From contig CM059432.1 of the NCBI GenBank assembly GCA_030390025.1, forward strand, positions 102,736,001 through 102,800,000: a stretch of 64,000 bases of DNA, in the 5' to 3' direction. Every line of letters begins with the position of its first letter. The stretch's first letter is position 1. Below, one piece after another: positions 35,208 through 48,877 of the stretch. Source of the DNA: Squalus acanthias (lineage: Eukaryota). The position numbers and the translations under genes are program-made. The notes under the pieces were generated by a model. It was not told where the DNA came from and ran no database searches. It saw nothing but the letters and a program-made list of their open reading frames with translations.

Positions 35208-37608
35208 GGGCTGGATTTTGCCAGCGCTCAGAGGGTAGGTTTGGAGGCGGGTCCGCTGTCAAAAAAGCAAAGATTGACAGCGGGAAGGATCCCACTGTCA
35301 ACCCGCCTCCACGCAAGTCTCCCAGGTGTCGGGTCTGTCTGAGCAGAACTGACCCGACACCAAGCGACGGGGCAGACAATTTAGATCATTAAATGGCATG
35401 TTAACAGCCAATTTAATGCTATTTTGAGTATACCTTACAATTTTACGTGCTCCCCCCACGGGTTACCTGCTGCTCAGGGAACATGCCAGCTCACCCTGGC
35501 GTGAGTTGAGTCTGCTCTGATGTATCTGATAAGCTGACAGCTGCAGAAGTGGTATAAAGAATACCATATTGCAGATGTTCAGTTTCAGAGCTCAGAAACT
35601 GTTGGTTACTGCATTTGTAAGACAAAGAGATTTCTTTAGCTTGCAAGTGTTTAGAGCCAACTGTATAATCAGTGCCACCTCATTGGAACAACCTCTCTCA
35701 CCATTGACAGATCGCTTCTGTCATCTCACCTGCAGCTGCCATCTATTGCAGCAACATCGGTGCCATTGGAAAAATCACATCTTGGTCCTCTGAATCCTTC
35801 CACGATCAGCCCCAACACCAACATCACCAGGCACACCAACAACATCAGCAACCTTCTCCGCCATCACCTGATGCTGCACAGGACACAGGGCATCAGCCCC
35901 TGACAACATTGCTGCCCGGGAGGCCAGCGATGGCATCACTTGACGCTGTAAACCCTGACTGCCACATGATGCACCAGGTTGACACCATCCCACACCAGCA
36001 CTGTAAAGCATCCTTTTAATGTCCAAGCCATTCCATTCGCACTCATCACTATAGCGGCGGGGTGGAGGGTGGGGGGGAAGTGTAGGTATTCTGCAGCGAG
36101 TGTCTCACCTCCTGACTCCCCAAAGCTTTTCCACCATCCACAAGGCACAAGTAAGGAGTGTGATGGAATACTCTCCACTTGCTTGGATGAGTGCAGCTCC
36201 AACAACATTGAAGAAGCTCGACACCATCCAGGACAAAGCAGCCCGTTTGATTGGCACCCCAACCACCACCTTAAACATTCACTCCCTCCACCACCGGCGT
36301 ACTGTGGCTGCAGTGTGTACCATCTACAAGATGCACTGCAGCAACTCGCCAAGGCTTCTTCAGCAGCACCTCCCCAAGGCTTCTTCAGCAGCACCTCACC
36401 AAGGCTTCTTCAGCAGCACCTCTCAAACCCACGACCTCTTCCACCTAGAAGGACAAGGGCAGCAGGCGCATGGGAACACCACCACCTCCACGGTCCCCTC
36501 CAAGTCAAACACCATTCTGACTTAAAAGTATATCACCGATCCTTCATCGTCGCTGGGTCAAAATCCTGGAACTCCCGACCTAACAGCAGTGTGGGAGTAC
36601 CTTCACCACACGGAGTGCAGCAGTTCAAGAAGGCAGCACCCCCCCACCTTCTCAAGGGCAATTAGGGATGGGCAATAAATGCTGGGCTTGCCAGCGACGC
36701 CGACATCCCATAAACGAATTTAAAAAAGTTATGTCTCAACATTCACTGCAACTCACTAGGCCACTTCCAAAGATGCACACAAATCTGTCCAAGAATGCAA
36801 AGCGTTGAAAATAAAGGTTTCAATGTTTGACAGCACATTAACAGAAACTTTACATGAACATTGCATAAAACACTCAAGTGTCGACCCTTGTGTGTTGTTA
36901 GTTGGTATGCTTACACTAGGATGAGAGTGAGTGTGAGGGGTGGCTAGTGAGATGGGGAAGTGATAATGTAGACAGAGAGGGATGGGTGGAGGTACAAGGT
37001 AAGTTGGTGTGAGTAAGAATGTGCAGGAGTAGGGTGGGGAAGGCAGAGTGATGGGGATGTGATGAGTGGCACAGCAGGATGGGGCTGAGTGTGGCATGGC
37101 AGTAACGTTTTGTGATCTACTGAGATCATTGAAAGGTTTGCGTCACTGCAGCCAGGTCCTCCTGACAACATCCCTGCTTGTGACCTGCTGTGCAATGTGC
37201 AACCAGACTGCATTGGTGTCCTGGGGAGGTCTCTTCCGCCCATGGGAAGGGAAGAGAATCTCGCTGTGTGCTGTGACTTCCTCCATAAGCATGAGCCTGG
37301 GTGCAGCCGTGCACCTCTGTGCAGTGCTTGTCAGTGTTTGCAGCACCTCAATGCTGCAGAGCACTGACAGCACAAATGTCAAAATCAATGTGGCCGTGGT
37401 CCCTTTAAGGAAACCGGCTGATGACGCATCATCAAATGACATCATCAGACCCGCTTCCTGTTAATTGGCCAGGAACCCCGCAGGGCGGGCTTAACAAGGT
37501 CAATATAAGGGAAATCTTTTTGAGAGAGTGGCTGTAGCCGAGAGCGGACCGGAACCCGCCATCCAGCTCTCCCACCACCATCCCGCCTCCGCAGGGAAAA
37601 TCTAGCCC
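35208..37608. mobile_element. Non-autonomous Harbinger derivative with a Myb/SANT gene relic
   Basis: TIR GGGCTGGATTTT/AAAATCTAGCCC and TSD TTT. Minus-strand relic EEVTAHSEILFP..WLHIAQQV..RRTWLQ*RKPFNDL. Confidence 0.75.
36086..36726 (+). mobile_element. 3' fragment of the Zenon-like CR1 family, with a 3x internal tandem duplication
   Basis: KAQVRSVMEYSPLAWMSAAP; ccaaggcttcttcagcagcacctc repeated three times at ~36349-36422. Confidence 0.85.
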
Positions 37609-38053
37609 TTTCTGTTTGCTCGACTCAAAAACTTGAGTCCTTAGGTGCCCTCGCAATTTGATTGTGGTGCTATTCATTTTTGTGAAGTCTACACTTCTGC
37701 ATCATATTCTCTGATGCATATTTTGACTTTGTATATATAATAAAGAATTAAAAGATTGATAAGAATGTGTTTGAAGGTACAACTTGTGGTACTGATGACA
37801 TTGAACCCCTTACTATTTATTATCCTTTATATATAGCCATCACTCTTTGTTCTCAAATAGAATGGATAGCGGGGCAATGTTGGGGTGGGTGTTAAAAGTC
37901 CTCTGGAGATCAAACCTGCCATACACCATTGTTTCCGCTGTATATGCAAACTCCTGGCTGAGCGTTAAGATGGATCTACGGTGCTTTCACCAAAAACAGA
38001 CAAGAGCTTCACTTTCATAGGTTCACCCTTACAAAACAAATGATTAAGATAAT

Positions 38054-38704
38054 GGCCCGGAAATTACGGTTAGCAGTGAAGCGAAGGTGCTCACACAAGG
38101 ATCTCGCGATCCCAGTGTCGAGAACTTCGGGTTTTCCGACCTTCAAATCAAATCAACAGAAGTTAATGGGGATCCCCTTGTGCGAACTGCTGTGACGTCA
38201 ACAAGCTGTCTGAGCAGCCAATCAAAAGGTAGAATTCTCACAGACAGCAAACAAGGAAGTGAGTAAGCCCTTAAAATTCTAACTTTTTAAAAATGTTAGA
38301 GAGAGCAAAACAAAGATTGGGGCTCTCACATGGGGAAAAGGCAAACTTGAAATAAAGATGGACACACTTTTTAAAAAAATTATTTGAAAAATGTCTTTAA
38401 AATTTTAATTTTTATTAAAATGGACAAATTTCACAATGGACAAAATTAAAATTAGTTTTCCAGGCCCCTAACATTTGCTTAGCAGTAATAACATTGTCAA
38501 AACCCCAGTTACACCTAATCCCTCTGGGTCTAACTTTTAGTGGGGAATTTAACAGTGTACTTACTGCGGAAGAGCCGAAGTTTTCGTCAGTTTCCCTGAT
38601 TTGGGTGATTTCACTGATTTTGCCGATTCGGAGGGTGGGGGGTGGGGGGAGGGGAGGGGGGGCCTGTGTCAGAGCTGTCAATGACAGACCAAAAATTCCG
38701 AGCC
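38054..38704. mobile_element. Harbinger-type MITE
   Basis: Imperfect TIR GGCCCGGAAATT/AATTCCGAGCC. Confidence 0.5.
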
Positions 38705-40959
38705 ATTAAGTTTAGCTGCGTAAGGCTTTCTCCATTAGTAAGTCCCCTAAGACCTGGGATCATCCTAACCACTCTCACTCTCCTCTGAACACTTTCTAAT
38801 GCATCTATATCTTTTTGAGGTAGGGCGACCAAAACTGCATGGCAAATTTCAGAATTGACCTTACCGCTGATTTGTACAATGTCAGTATACAACTTCTTCT
38901 AACTTGGAGTTTGATGTCTTCCAACTTTATCCCAGAACTAAATTTACCTTATCAATAACAACCCCACACTACCAGATGCTTTTAGAATATGCTCAATTGA
39001 AATTACCCCCACCCCCATTTCCAAATGGTTAGGTGAGAGCAGTTGCACTTTGAAGTGGCAGTGTGTCCTGCTGCAGTATGAAAATGCATGTGAAGCGTGG
39101 AAAGAATTATTATGTGAGGACTTAGTATGCAGCCTTAATTATGGTCTAACAGGAAACTGTTAGTACCCTGCATACTTTGTGTATCTACTTGATACAATAC
39201 AATACTGGCAAACCATACCTTGGCAGGCACCCTAAGGCTATTAACGTACTTCTTCATCTGCTCCTGTGTTTTCTGGCTGTTTGCTCCTGCATTCATTCTG
39301 GTAGCCTCTTCCTGCTGAGCAGTCTCTTCTGTGAGGAGCATGCCATGAGATGCTGAAAAGGGCAGCTATGCTTTGTTTGACTTCTTCCACCAGCACCACC
39401 AAAGCTTTGTCTGAAAATTCTGGTGCTTTGCCTCCTCTCGCAGCAATGATTCCCTCACCAGCCAGCAACAAAGGAGTTACTTTAAATTGCAGCTACATGC
39501 TATTTCCTCCATCCACCACCGAACAGTCTTGCCCAGCAGGCAGGCCCATTTTGAGTGGGAGCTTGCTCTGAACAGTCAATGAAGCTGACCATGGGAAAGA
39601 TTCAAGGCTGATCTAGTATGAGATCAGCGAGAACTAAACTCTGCTCTGTGGTCACCCTGCATCAGCAGATTGGAAAATTACCCTCAGTAAATTGTAAAAA
39701 TAGACAATTTTGCAACCTTTAAATTGTTTAAGCAATATTTTAATTTCTCAATTGAACAATATGGTTCGGGAACAAATTCAAAACAAAGCATTAAAGATGA
39801 TCCATTCCAACAATATTTCCAATTTAATATCAATGTTAGATCATCTGCTGCATTCCATTAATGAAATATGAAATTTAAAACATTATTTCAGCATAGAAGG
39901 AACTTAACATACATATTTTACTGATTCAATTATAATCTTAACCCCTCTATGAATTCAAAAGGATAACCACATACCATCAAATTCCAGTGTAATCCTTTTT
40001 TAATATATTGCAAATAATTTTAGACATTAGGATGAAATTTACAATTTATTAACAAGGCACATGTGATCAATGAAGTGACCATGACCGCTTTCATCACATC
40101 AACATGTCTGTTAAGCCTCACTTCAAAACAATGTGAGAGTAGTATCAACTGAGTCAACTGTTGATTTGGGGACAAAAAGAGGGAAAATACTTTGAGAAAT
40201 TCTCAGACCCTTTCAGCAAAATATGGTAATAATGCTATCAACTGCTGTACCTGACAACTTACACAAGGTGGGGTGGGGGTTAACTCTTTAGTCCAACATT
40301 TTGCTTCGGAATATGCCAGCTAACACCAGACCCAAATCTAGAATGTACTTTCTCCCCAGTTTCGTGAGAAATGCAAAAAAAAAGGGACAAGTGCTTTTAA
40401 AGTTTACATGAAGTTTGCAGTGCCAAAAAATGTTAAGTAATGCAGCTGCCGGAGCACTGGGATGCTGATATTCAGTCATTCCTTCAGGAAGTAAAGCAGC
40501 GCTCAATGCCCTTTCCATTTGTGACCTTGGTGCATGTAAAGTGATCTTTCAGCCTTTATTTGCAAAGTTTGAGACAAATGGTGTGTGGCGCTATCCATCA
40601 GAAATCGTGGAAACTCAATATTTTGTCCTTCAAAAAGGGCATTATAGGAAACTTTGCTGACTTCAGGGAAGTGCGCTTTCAGGCTGTTAGAATGGAGCCA
40701 ATTCATGACAAATCTGAACTGCTGTGTGACGAGAATAAAATTGGATATAAATTAAGTACTCTTTTGCACTTTATAGAATTTTGTATTTATATGCAACAAC
40801 AGTCATTTACAGCTTTACAATATCTGATACTGTCTTTAATGTAAGCTAAGACGATAAGAATATTGGAAATAGGGGTAAATTGACACTATTTTCATAATGC
40901 TACTAACCATCATGCTCTGCAGGCTGTGCTGCATATTTTGCTGAGTGTGTGGCATATTT

Positions 40960-41285
40960 TAGGAAAATAGGCCATTGAGCACCTCGAGCCTGTTACACCA
41001 TTCAATGAGATCATGGCTGATCTGCGACCTAACTCCATATACCCACCTTTGCCCCATATTCTTAATACCTTTGGTTAACAAAAATCTATCAATCTCAGAA
41101 TTAAAATTAACAATTGATTTAGCATCAATTGCCATTTGCGGAAGAGAGTTCCATACTTCTACCACCCTTTGTGTGTAGAAGTGTCTCCTAATTTCACTCC
41201 TGAAAGGTCTGGCTCTAATTTTTAGACTATGCCCCCTAGTCCTGGAATCCCCAACCAGCAGAAATAGTTTCTCTCTATCTACTTT
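40960..41285 (-). mobile_element. CR1 3' fragment (another lies at ~31520-31850)
   Basis: VVEVWNSLPQ..FNSEIDRFL plus the 3' UTR. Confidence 0.8.
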
Positions 41286-44200
41286 ACTATTATTTTGCTG
41301 AATTTCAAACTTTTAACCTTTAACTCATGACTGACACTTATTACCCTCACTGTGAGGCAAAGCAGTTATGTCATCGAATCATAGAATCTTAGAATCATAG
41401 AAGTTTACAGCACAGAAGGAGGCCATTCGGCTCTTTTAAATGATAAAAGAGGAACAAGGGCCCCAAAAATTGGAACAATAATCCAAAGATAGTGATAAAA
41501 CCAGGACAATGACAAGCTAGCTAGACAAATGTGGTCAGACAAACGGGCCACCTTGAAAAGCAACCTTGCAAAGAGTCTTGTGGTTCGATGAGTAATGTTA
41601 AAACAAGCTGACCATTTGAATTCTTTGAAAAGCAAGTTATTAACAAGGGTCTTGGGAATAACAACCACATGGCTGCAAAATTCGGCTCCTTAATGTCCGT
41701 TATTTCAGCGCTACGAGTGCCGTTTTGGCTCTGAAATGGCATACGCGGCGTGCGCACACTTCTGGTGCGAGTCACGCTGGACGCCATCTTGGTGAGTGCC
41801 TTAGTGCGTGTGCAGCGAGCGTCCACCAGAGTAGACAGTATGCAGAGTAGACAGATCATGACGTCAATCAGTGTGTAATGCTGATTTGACACCAGTGGTG
41901 CCATTTTGGAGCTTAATGCTTGAGCTAACGTCCTCTCTTAAGCTCGCACAGCTGAACGCATGTCCAGCAGTCGGAAGGACCCCACCCCCCAACCACTGCT
42001 ATTTAAAGGGATCATCAACTACTTTCAGGTTAGTTGCTGATTGATTTCTGCTGGCTGTTGCTATGACTGTACTAGTGTTTGGTGCTTTCTAGAGTTCTTT
42101 AAAGTTGCTAAAGTTTACAGGGGGTGATGTAGCAGGTGCCGAAGGAGGTATCAGCGAAGATCGCTCAGAAGACTGCACAGCTGGTCAATGAACCCAACTA
42201 TCAGAAGACTGCCTAGTGGTCAGAGAACTTCAAACGACCACATCACCACCTTAAGAACGTAAGAACATAAGAACATAAGAAATAGGAGCAGGAGTAGGCC
42301 AATTGGCCCCTCGAGCCTGCTCCACCATTCAATAAGATCATGGCTGATCTGATCCTAGCCGCCAATCTACTATCACAGAACCATCTCCTGAACCTAACAG
42401 AATTGGTCACACGAAATAGGAGCAGGATCAGGCTCCACGGTCCCTGGGCCCGCTACGCTACCCACAGAGCCATGACCGATCCGAACCTAGACTCATGTCC
42501 AAATTCCTGCCCGCTCCCTGTAACCCTTAATTCCCTCTACTTCTAGGAAACTGTCTATTTCTGTTTTAAATTTATGTAATGATGTAGCTTCTACAGCTTT
42601 TTGGGGCAGCATATTCCATGGACCTACCACCCTCTGAGTGAAGTAGTTCCTTCTCATCTCAGTTTTGAAAGAGCAGCCCCTTATTCTAAGACTATGCCCC
42701 CTAGTTCTAGTTTCACCCATCATCGGGAACATCCTCTCCGCATCCACCCAATCCAACCCCTTCACAATCTTATATGTTTCAATAAGATCGCCTCTCATTC
42801 TTCTGAACTCCAATGAGTAGAGTCCCAATCTACCCAACCTCTCCTCATATGTCCATCCCCTCATCCCCGGGATTAACCGAGTGAACCTTCTTTGTACTGA
42901 CTCGAGAGCAAGTATGTCTTTTCTTAAGTATGGACACCAAAACTGTATGCAGTATTCCAGGTGCAGTCTCACCAATACCTTGTACAACTGAAGCAATACC
43001 TCCCTATTTTTATATTCTATCCCCCTAGCAATGAAAGCCAACATTCCATTTGCCTTCTTAATCACTTGCTGCACCTGCATACTAACCTTTTGAGTTTCGT
43101 GCACCAGGACCCCCAGATCCCTTTGTACTTCAGTACTTTCCAGTTTCTTGCCATTAAGATAATAACTTGCTCTACTATTTTTCCTGCCAAAGTGCATAAC
43201 CTCACACTTTCCAGTATTGTATTCCATCTGCCAAATCTCTGCCCACTTACTTAGCCTGTCTATGTCCCCTTGCAGATTTTTTATGTCCTCCTCACTCACT
43301 ACTTTCCCTCCCATCTTAGTATCATCTGCAAACTTTGATATGTTACACTCGGTCCCCTCCTCCAAATCGTTAATATAGATTGTAAAGAGTTGGGGACCCA
43401 GCACTGACCCCTGCGGAAAACCACTAGTTACTGATTGCCAGTCTGAGAATGAACCATTTATCCCAACTGTCTGCCTTCTGTTAGATAGCCAATCCTCTAT
43501 CCATGCCAGAATATTACCCCCAATCCCGTGATTTTTTATCTTAAGCAATAAACTTTTGTGTGGCACCTTGTCAAATGCCTTTTGGAAGTCTAAATACACC
43601 ACATCCACTGGTTCCCCTTTATCCACCCTGTATGTTAATTCCTCAAAGAACTCCAGCAAATTTGTCAAACATGACTTCTCCTTCATAAAAGCATGCTGAC
43701 TTTGTCCTATTAAATTATGATTATCCAAATGTCCCGTTACTGTCTCCTTAATAATGGACTCCAAAATTTTACCAACCACAGCTGTTAGGCTATAGTTTCC
43801 AGCCTTCTGTCTACTGCCCTTTTTAAATAAGGGTGTTACATTAGCAGTTTTCCAGTCTGCCGGGATCTTTGCTGAGTCCAGGGAGTTTTGGAAAATTATT
43901 ACCAATGCATCCACAATCCCTACCGCCACTTCCCTCAAGACCCTAGGATGTAAGCCATCAGGTCCAGGTGATTTATCCGCCTTGAGTCCCATTATTTTAC
44001 CGAGTACTTCTTAGTGATTTTGATCGTGTTTAGCTCCTCCCCCCCTATAGCCCCCTGCTTGTCCAGTGTTGGGATATTCTTAGTGTCCTCTACTGTAAAG
44101 AATGATACAAAATATTCATTCAGTGTATTTGCCATCTCCATATTTCCCACCATTAATTTCCCAGTCTCATCCTCTAAGGGACCAACATTTACTTTAGCCA

Positions 44201-44677
44201 CCCTTTTTCTTTTCATATAACTATAAAAACTCTTAGGGGTAAAAATTCACTTGGCTGCGCCTCCCGTTAGCGCCTTAAGAGGGCGCTAATGGGGCGTTAA
44301 GCCGCTAACGCCCGGGCGCAGCGCTGTTTGCTCCGCTCGAGAACTTAACTTGAGATTGTGCGGCGGCGCTAAAACTTACCGCTGCGACCACCTGCGCGCG
44401 CAGATTGTGACGTCATTCCATGGTGCAATGCCCTTGGGGCGCCCCGGAGCGGAAATTGAGTGGCGCCCCCTGCCTTACCGCCTGGCGCTTCCAACGACCG
44501 GAAGACTGGAACATTATCAATCGGTGTGGGGCTGGGGGGGGCGCTATTTAAAGGGGGCCTCTTCCTGTCTTTTTCTGTGGTCGACATTTATGCACCACTT
44601 GTTCTGAGAGAGAGAGAGAGAATTGGAGAGAGAGAGAGAGAGACTTCTACATTGACTCAACGCTTTGTGAGGTAGTT

Positions 44678-45898
44678 TTGCCTATTCATCCTAACTTTGT
44701 TGCTACTTTAGTTGCTGTACCTCATTACTTTTCTGGCAAAGAGAATATGGGGGCTGCAATGATTGGGGGCGTCGACCTGCTCCAGCTGAATCGGAGGATA
44801 CAGAGACGCAGACAGAGAGTGGCAATGATGGCCAGACGGAGGAGGGCCATCAGGCGCATGTACAGGAGAGCTTACCCTCCCAGGGTATATCGTGAACAGC
44901 TCTCCTACATCCATATGTCCGAGGAGCTGTGTTTGCGAAGGCTGCAATTCAGCAAGGAGGTGGTCACTGAGCTCTGCCACCTGCTGCAGCCAGATCTGCA
45001 GCCTCAGCTGAGGTCCAGGACGTCTCTGTCGGTGGCAGTGAAGGTCACAGTGGCTTTGAACTTCTACGCCACTGGCTCATTCCAAGCTGCTGTTGGGGAC
45101 CTCGCCAATATCTCCCAGTTTGCGGTGCATCGCTGCATCCGGCAGGTCACCAATGCCCTCTTCAGAAGGAGACGAGACTTCATCTCTTTCCCAATGAGCC
45201 CAGACAAGCAGCGTGACCGTGCTCTGGGCTTTGCGAGGGTAGCGGGCTTCCCCATGGTGCAGGGCGCCATTGACTGCACGCATGTGGCTTTACGTGCTCC
45301 GCGAGAGAATGCAGAGGAATTCAGGAACAGAAAGGGGTTCCATTCCTTGAATGTGCAGTTGGTCTGTGACCACAGACAGGTGATACTCGCTGTCAATGCC
45401 CACTATCCGGGCAGCTGCCACGATGCTTTCATCCTGCGCCAGACTACTGTGGCAGAACTTTTCGAGGCACCGCATCAGCCAGTTGGTTGGCTTCTGGGGG
45501 ACAAGGGGTACGCATTGAGCACCTGGCTGATGACACCGCTCCGTACGCCAAACACCCCTGCTGAGCTGCGGTACAATGAAAGCCATCAAGCAACCAGGAA
45601 CATTATTGAGCGCACAATCGGCGTGCTGAAACAACGGTTCCGCTGTCTGGACCATTCCGGAGGAGCCCTGCAGTACTCGCCTGAGCAAGTTTCGAACTTC
45701 GTAGTCGTGTGCTGCATGTTGCACAACATGGCAATCCTCAGGACCCAGCCAATGCCACCAGGCCTTGTAGCACCACCAGAGGAGGAGGAGGAAGAGGACG
45801 AGGACGATGATCATCAGCAGCACCAAGGCAGGAGGGCGGCCCACAATGGTCAAACTGCAAGGGCCGTCCGTCAACGACTAATAGCAAGCCGCTTCTAG
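44678..45898 (+). CDS. Harbinger (HARBI1-like) DDE transposase; true start possibly the ATG at 44747 or 44759
   Basis: Uninterrupted ORF with GAIDCTH, NRKGFHSLNVQ, YPGSCHDAFIL, LLGDKGY and RNIIERTIGVLKQRFRCL. Confidence 0.95.
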   Translation: MPIHPNFVATLVAVPHYFSGKENMGAAMIGGVDLLQLNRRIQRRRQRVAMMARRRRAIRRMYRRAYPPRVYREQLSYIHMSEELCLRRLQFSKEVVTELCHLLQPDLQPQLRSRTSLSVAVKVTVALNFYATGSFQAAVGDLANISQFAVHRCIRQVTNALFRRRRDFISFPMSPDKQRDRALGFARVAGFPMVQGAIDCTHVALRAPRENAEEFRNRKGFHSLNVQLVCDHRQVILAVNAHYPGSCHDAFILRQTTVAELFEAPHQPVGWLLGDKGYALSTWLMTPLRTPNTPAELRYNESHQATRNIIERTIGVLKQRFRCLDHSGGALQYSPEQVSNFVVVCCMLHNMAILRTQPMPPGLVAPPEEEEEEDEDDDHQQHQGRRAAHNGQTARAVRQRLIASRF

Positions 45899-46192
45899 GG
45901 CCCCTGCCATTGCTACAAACACTAATCAACCCAGCACGCAACCCCTAAGCCGGCCAAGGCACCAATAATTCCAACCACCAGCCATGTATATTTTGAATAC
46001 AGAAACTTATTTATTTTACAAACTCTGTGTGTGTCAATTCCTCATGACAAACTCATAGAAATAAACACAAAAAAACAGTCAATAACATAACTGGTTCTCA
46101 CAACCTGGAGATAATGTCCAAAACACTAAACAAAAGTTGGACCATGAACCTCGGCCTTTAATAAAAAAATGACCAGCATTTTGGCACACCTC

Positions 46193-47874
46193 CTACTTTT
46201 TGCCCTTCGAGGGTGATCTCCTTCCCTTGCGCACTTCCCCCCTTCTAACCCTACTGCTCCTCCGTAATGGGACCTCAGTGGCTGCAGCAAGGCTGGTGGA
46301 AGGCTGATGCTCGTCAGACCCTGACACTGCAGATGCCCCTGAAGGACGGCCTCGACCACTTCTGGGCCTGGAGGGCCCGGCTGCAGACTGCACCAACTCT
46401 GCATGGGCGGCAGCAGTCTGTCCTACAGGCGGTGGCAAGTGCAGTGGAGAAGTGACAGTGTTGGCAGCAGGAATGCTGTCATCGTGAGAGAGGCCAGCAA
46501 CTCCCTGCTCGCCCGACACACTGGCACTCCCACGGGGCAGCACTTCAGCATCCGGAGCAATCTGCCGGAGAACAGATTGCTGGCCTGCTGCGGCGCGGTG
46601 ACAGCCCCGGGGACATGTGCACGAACCATCGAGGTTGGCAGCAGTCTGTGCTCGCGTGGCCTCCATCTGAGTCTGTATGAGAGCAGTCAGAGGTGGGATC
46701 ACGGCAGCCAGTGACTGAATTGCAGCACTAAGCCGCTCCTCCTCTGCGTCCATTGCAGTAGGAGTCTCTGGCATACTCTCCCTCTGGGGAGAAGGCCCCC
46801 GTTCTTCCCCACCCCCCCCATGGCGTTGCTGCAGCCCGCTGGGTCCTGGAGCTTCACCATCATCAGCCCCTTCCCCCCTGCTCCCCTCCGGGGAAGGCGT
46901 GTTCCCAGTGTGGCCATGGGCTTCCTCGGGAGAGGGTGGCACTGATGCTCTGGCTTCCTCTTCCTCCTCAGCTGCAGCATCACTCCCAGTGGCAGCTTCA
47001 GGGCCCGTCTCCTCAGCTGGTGAATCACCATCTGAAAGCAGGGAGGTACAAGAGTGGCTTTAGCGTGAGGACAGGGTGGCAGTAAGGGAGGAATAAGTGC
47101 AGCGAGTTAGCAAGTTGGATTGAAAGTGTCAAAGGCTGGTATTGTGAGGGACAAGTGGAAGGACAGAGGATAAAAAGGTGATGACCTTACCATTGCTGTC
47201 CACAACGGGGTCGGCGTCTCCAGTGACGACGGGACCGATCACCCGGCTTGCCACAATCCTGTGGACGCGCTCCTCCAGATCGCTGAGGGGTTGCAGCTGA
47301 AGCCGCCCTCCACCCGTCCGTTGCTGCTGTCTCCGATTATGAGCCAGCTTAGCCTGCAAGAAAAAGGACAGCATCTGAGTAAATATACAGCCATGGTCTT
47401 GCCTGATGTGCCTCCCATAGGTGAATAGCCCTTACAATATACAGCCATGGTCTTGCCTGATGTGCCTCCCATAGGTGAATAGCCCTTACTGTATGCAAAG
47501 TGTGGAATGTGTGTGTGTGTTTGATGAAAGGGCCATAGGTGTTGGATGAGTGTTGTGCATTGGGGTTTTAAGACCCTCTGGCCATAGAGTGAGGTTGAGA
47601 TGGAGGGATGGAGAGGTATTGAGAAAAAGCCACTCACCCTGACGACCCGAGTGAGGTCGTTGAACTTTTTGCAGCATTGAGTATGGGTCCTGGGCACCAT
47701 GCTCCTGGAGGAGACGCTCTGAGCCACCTCCCTCCACACTCTTCTGAACTCGCGTGGCAAAGGCCTCCTGCCACTCTCAGGGAACAGCATACATCGTCTG
47801 CGCTCCACTGCGTCAACCAGAGCATCCAAGGCCCGCTCGGTGAAGCGATGAGCGCGTTCTCTCACCCTCTCCAT
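46193..47874 (-). CDS. Harbinger Myb/SANT-like DNA-binding partner, 3 exons (47874-47638, 47353-47191, 47031-46193), ~412 aa
   Basis: RFTERALDALV..WREVA..RTHTQCCKKFNDL. Canonical GTGAGT and GTAAGG donors with pyrimidine-CAG acceptors. The spliced length of 1239 nt is in frame without stops and ends in a basic C-terminus. Confidence 0.85.
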
Positions 47875-48877
47875 GCTTGGCAGCAAAATGGATTACAGGT
47901 CTCTCCAGGCTGAGATTCAAGGCTGCAATGAGCAGGGTGTGGCTGGGGAGCAAGTGGCCCCCCCCGCTTTAAGAAGTGGCCGGCGCCAGTGTGTCTGTGT
48001 TCCCTCGCTAACTGGCAGCAGCTGCGCTGCGCTCGTGCGCTGAGTTAGCGCCTCACTCCTTGGCCTTTGCGCCTTAAGAGAGGTGTGCAGCGCCTGCTTT
48101 AGCGCTCCACTCACCTCCCGGGGCGGTAAAAGTGAAGTTTCCTGTCAGTGCCGATAATTAGCGCCAGGCGCTAATATTTGCGTCCGGACGATATTTGCGC
48201 CCCAAATGGGGCGCAACCTAATTTCTACCCCTTACTATCTGTTTTTATATTTTTTGCTAATTTACTTTCATAATCTATCTTCCCTTTCTTAATCAATCTT
48301 TTTGTTATTTTTTGCTGTCTTTTAACGTTTTCCCAATCCTCTATCCTCCCACTAGATTTGGCTACCTTATATGACCTTGTTTTTAGTCGAATACTATCCT
48401 TAATTTCTTGACTGTCTTTTCTTTTACACCCTTTTCTTCTCAGTGGAATATATATTTTTTGGAAGTTGTAAAATAACTCCTTAAATGTACACCACTGATC
48501 ATGTATCGTCTTACCCTTTAATCTATTTTCCCAATCCACTCTACTCAATTTCACTCGCATACCTTCGTAGTCTCCTTTATTCAAGCTTAGCACGCTTATT
48601 TGAGATCCAACCTTCTCACCCTCTAATTGAATATGGAATTCAACCATGTTATGGTCACTCATTCCAAGGGGATCCTTTACTAGGACATTTTTTATTAATC
48701 CTGTCTCGTTACACAGGACCAGATCTAAGGTTGCTTGCCCCCTGGTCGGTTCAGTTACATACTGCTCAAGAAACCCATCCCTAACACACTCAATGAACTC
48801 ATCCTCAAGGCAGCCCTGCCCAATTTGATTTGTCCAATTAATATGATAGTTAAAATCCCCCATAATTATAGATGTTC

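Larger units (their letters stand above)
44236..48231. mobile_element. Apparently intact autonomous PIF/Harbinger DNA transposon (3996 bp)
   Basis: TIR GGGGTAAAAATT/AATTTCTACCCC, TSD TTA (44233-44235 and 48232-48234), and two convergent genes. Confidence 0.95.

Noticed and set aside
40288..40844. Coding exon in a unique-looking island
   Set aside because: ORFs occur on both strands with no convincing motif. It may belong to the fossil FN3 gene but the evidence is too weak.
44678..45898. Domesticated host gene HARBI1
   Set aside because: The ORF lies within TIRs and a TSD, is paired with a Myb gene and is inserted in a CR1, so it is a transposon copy.
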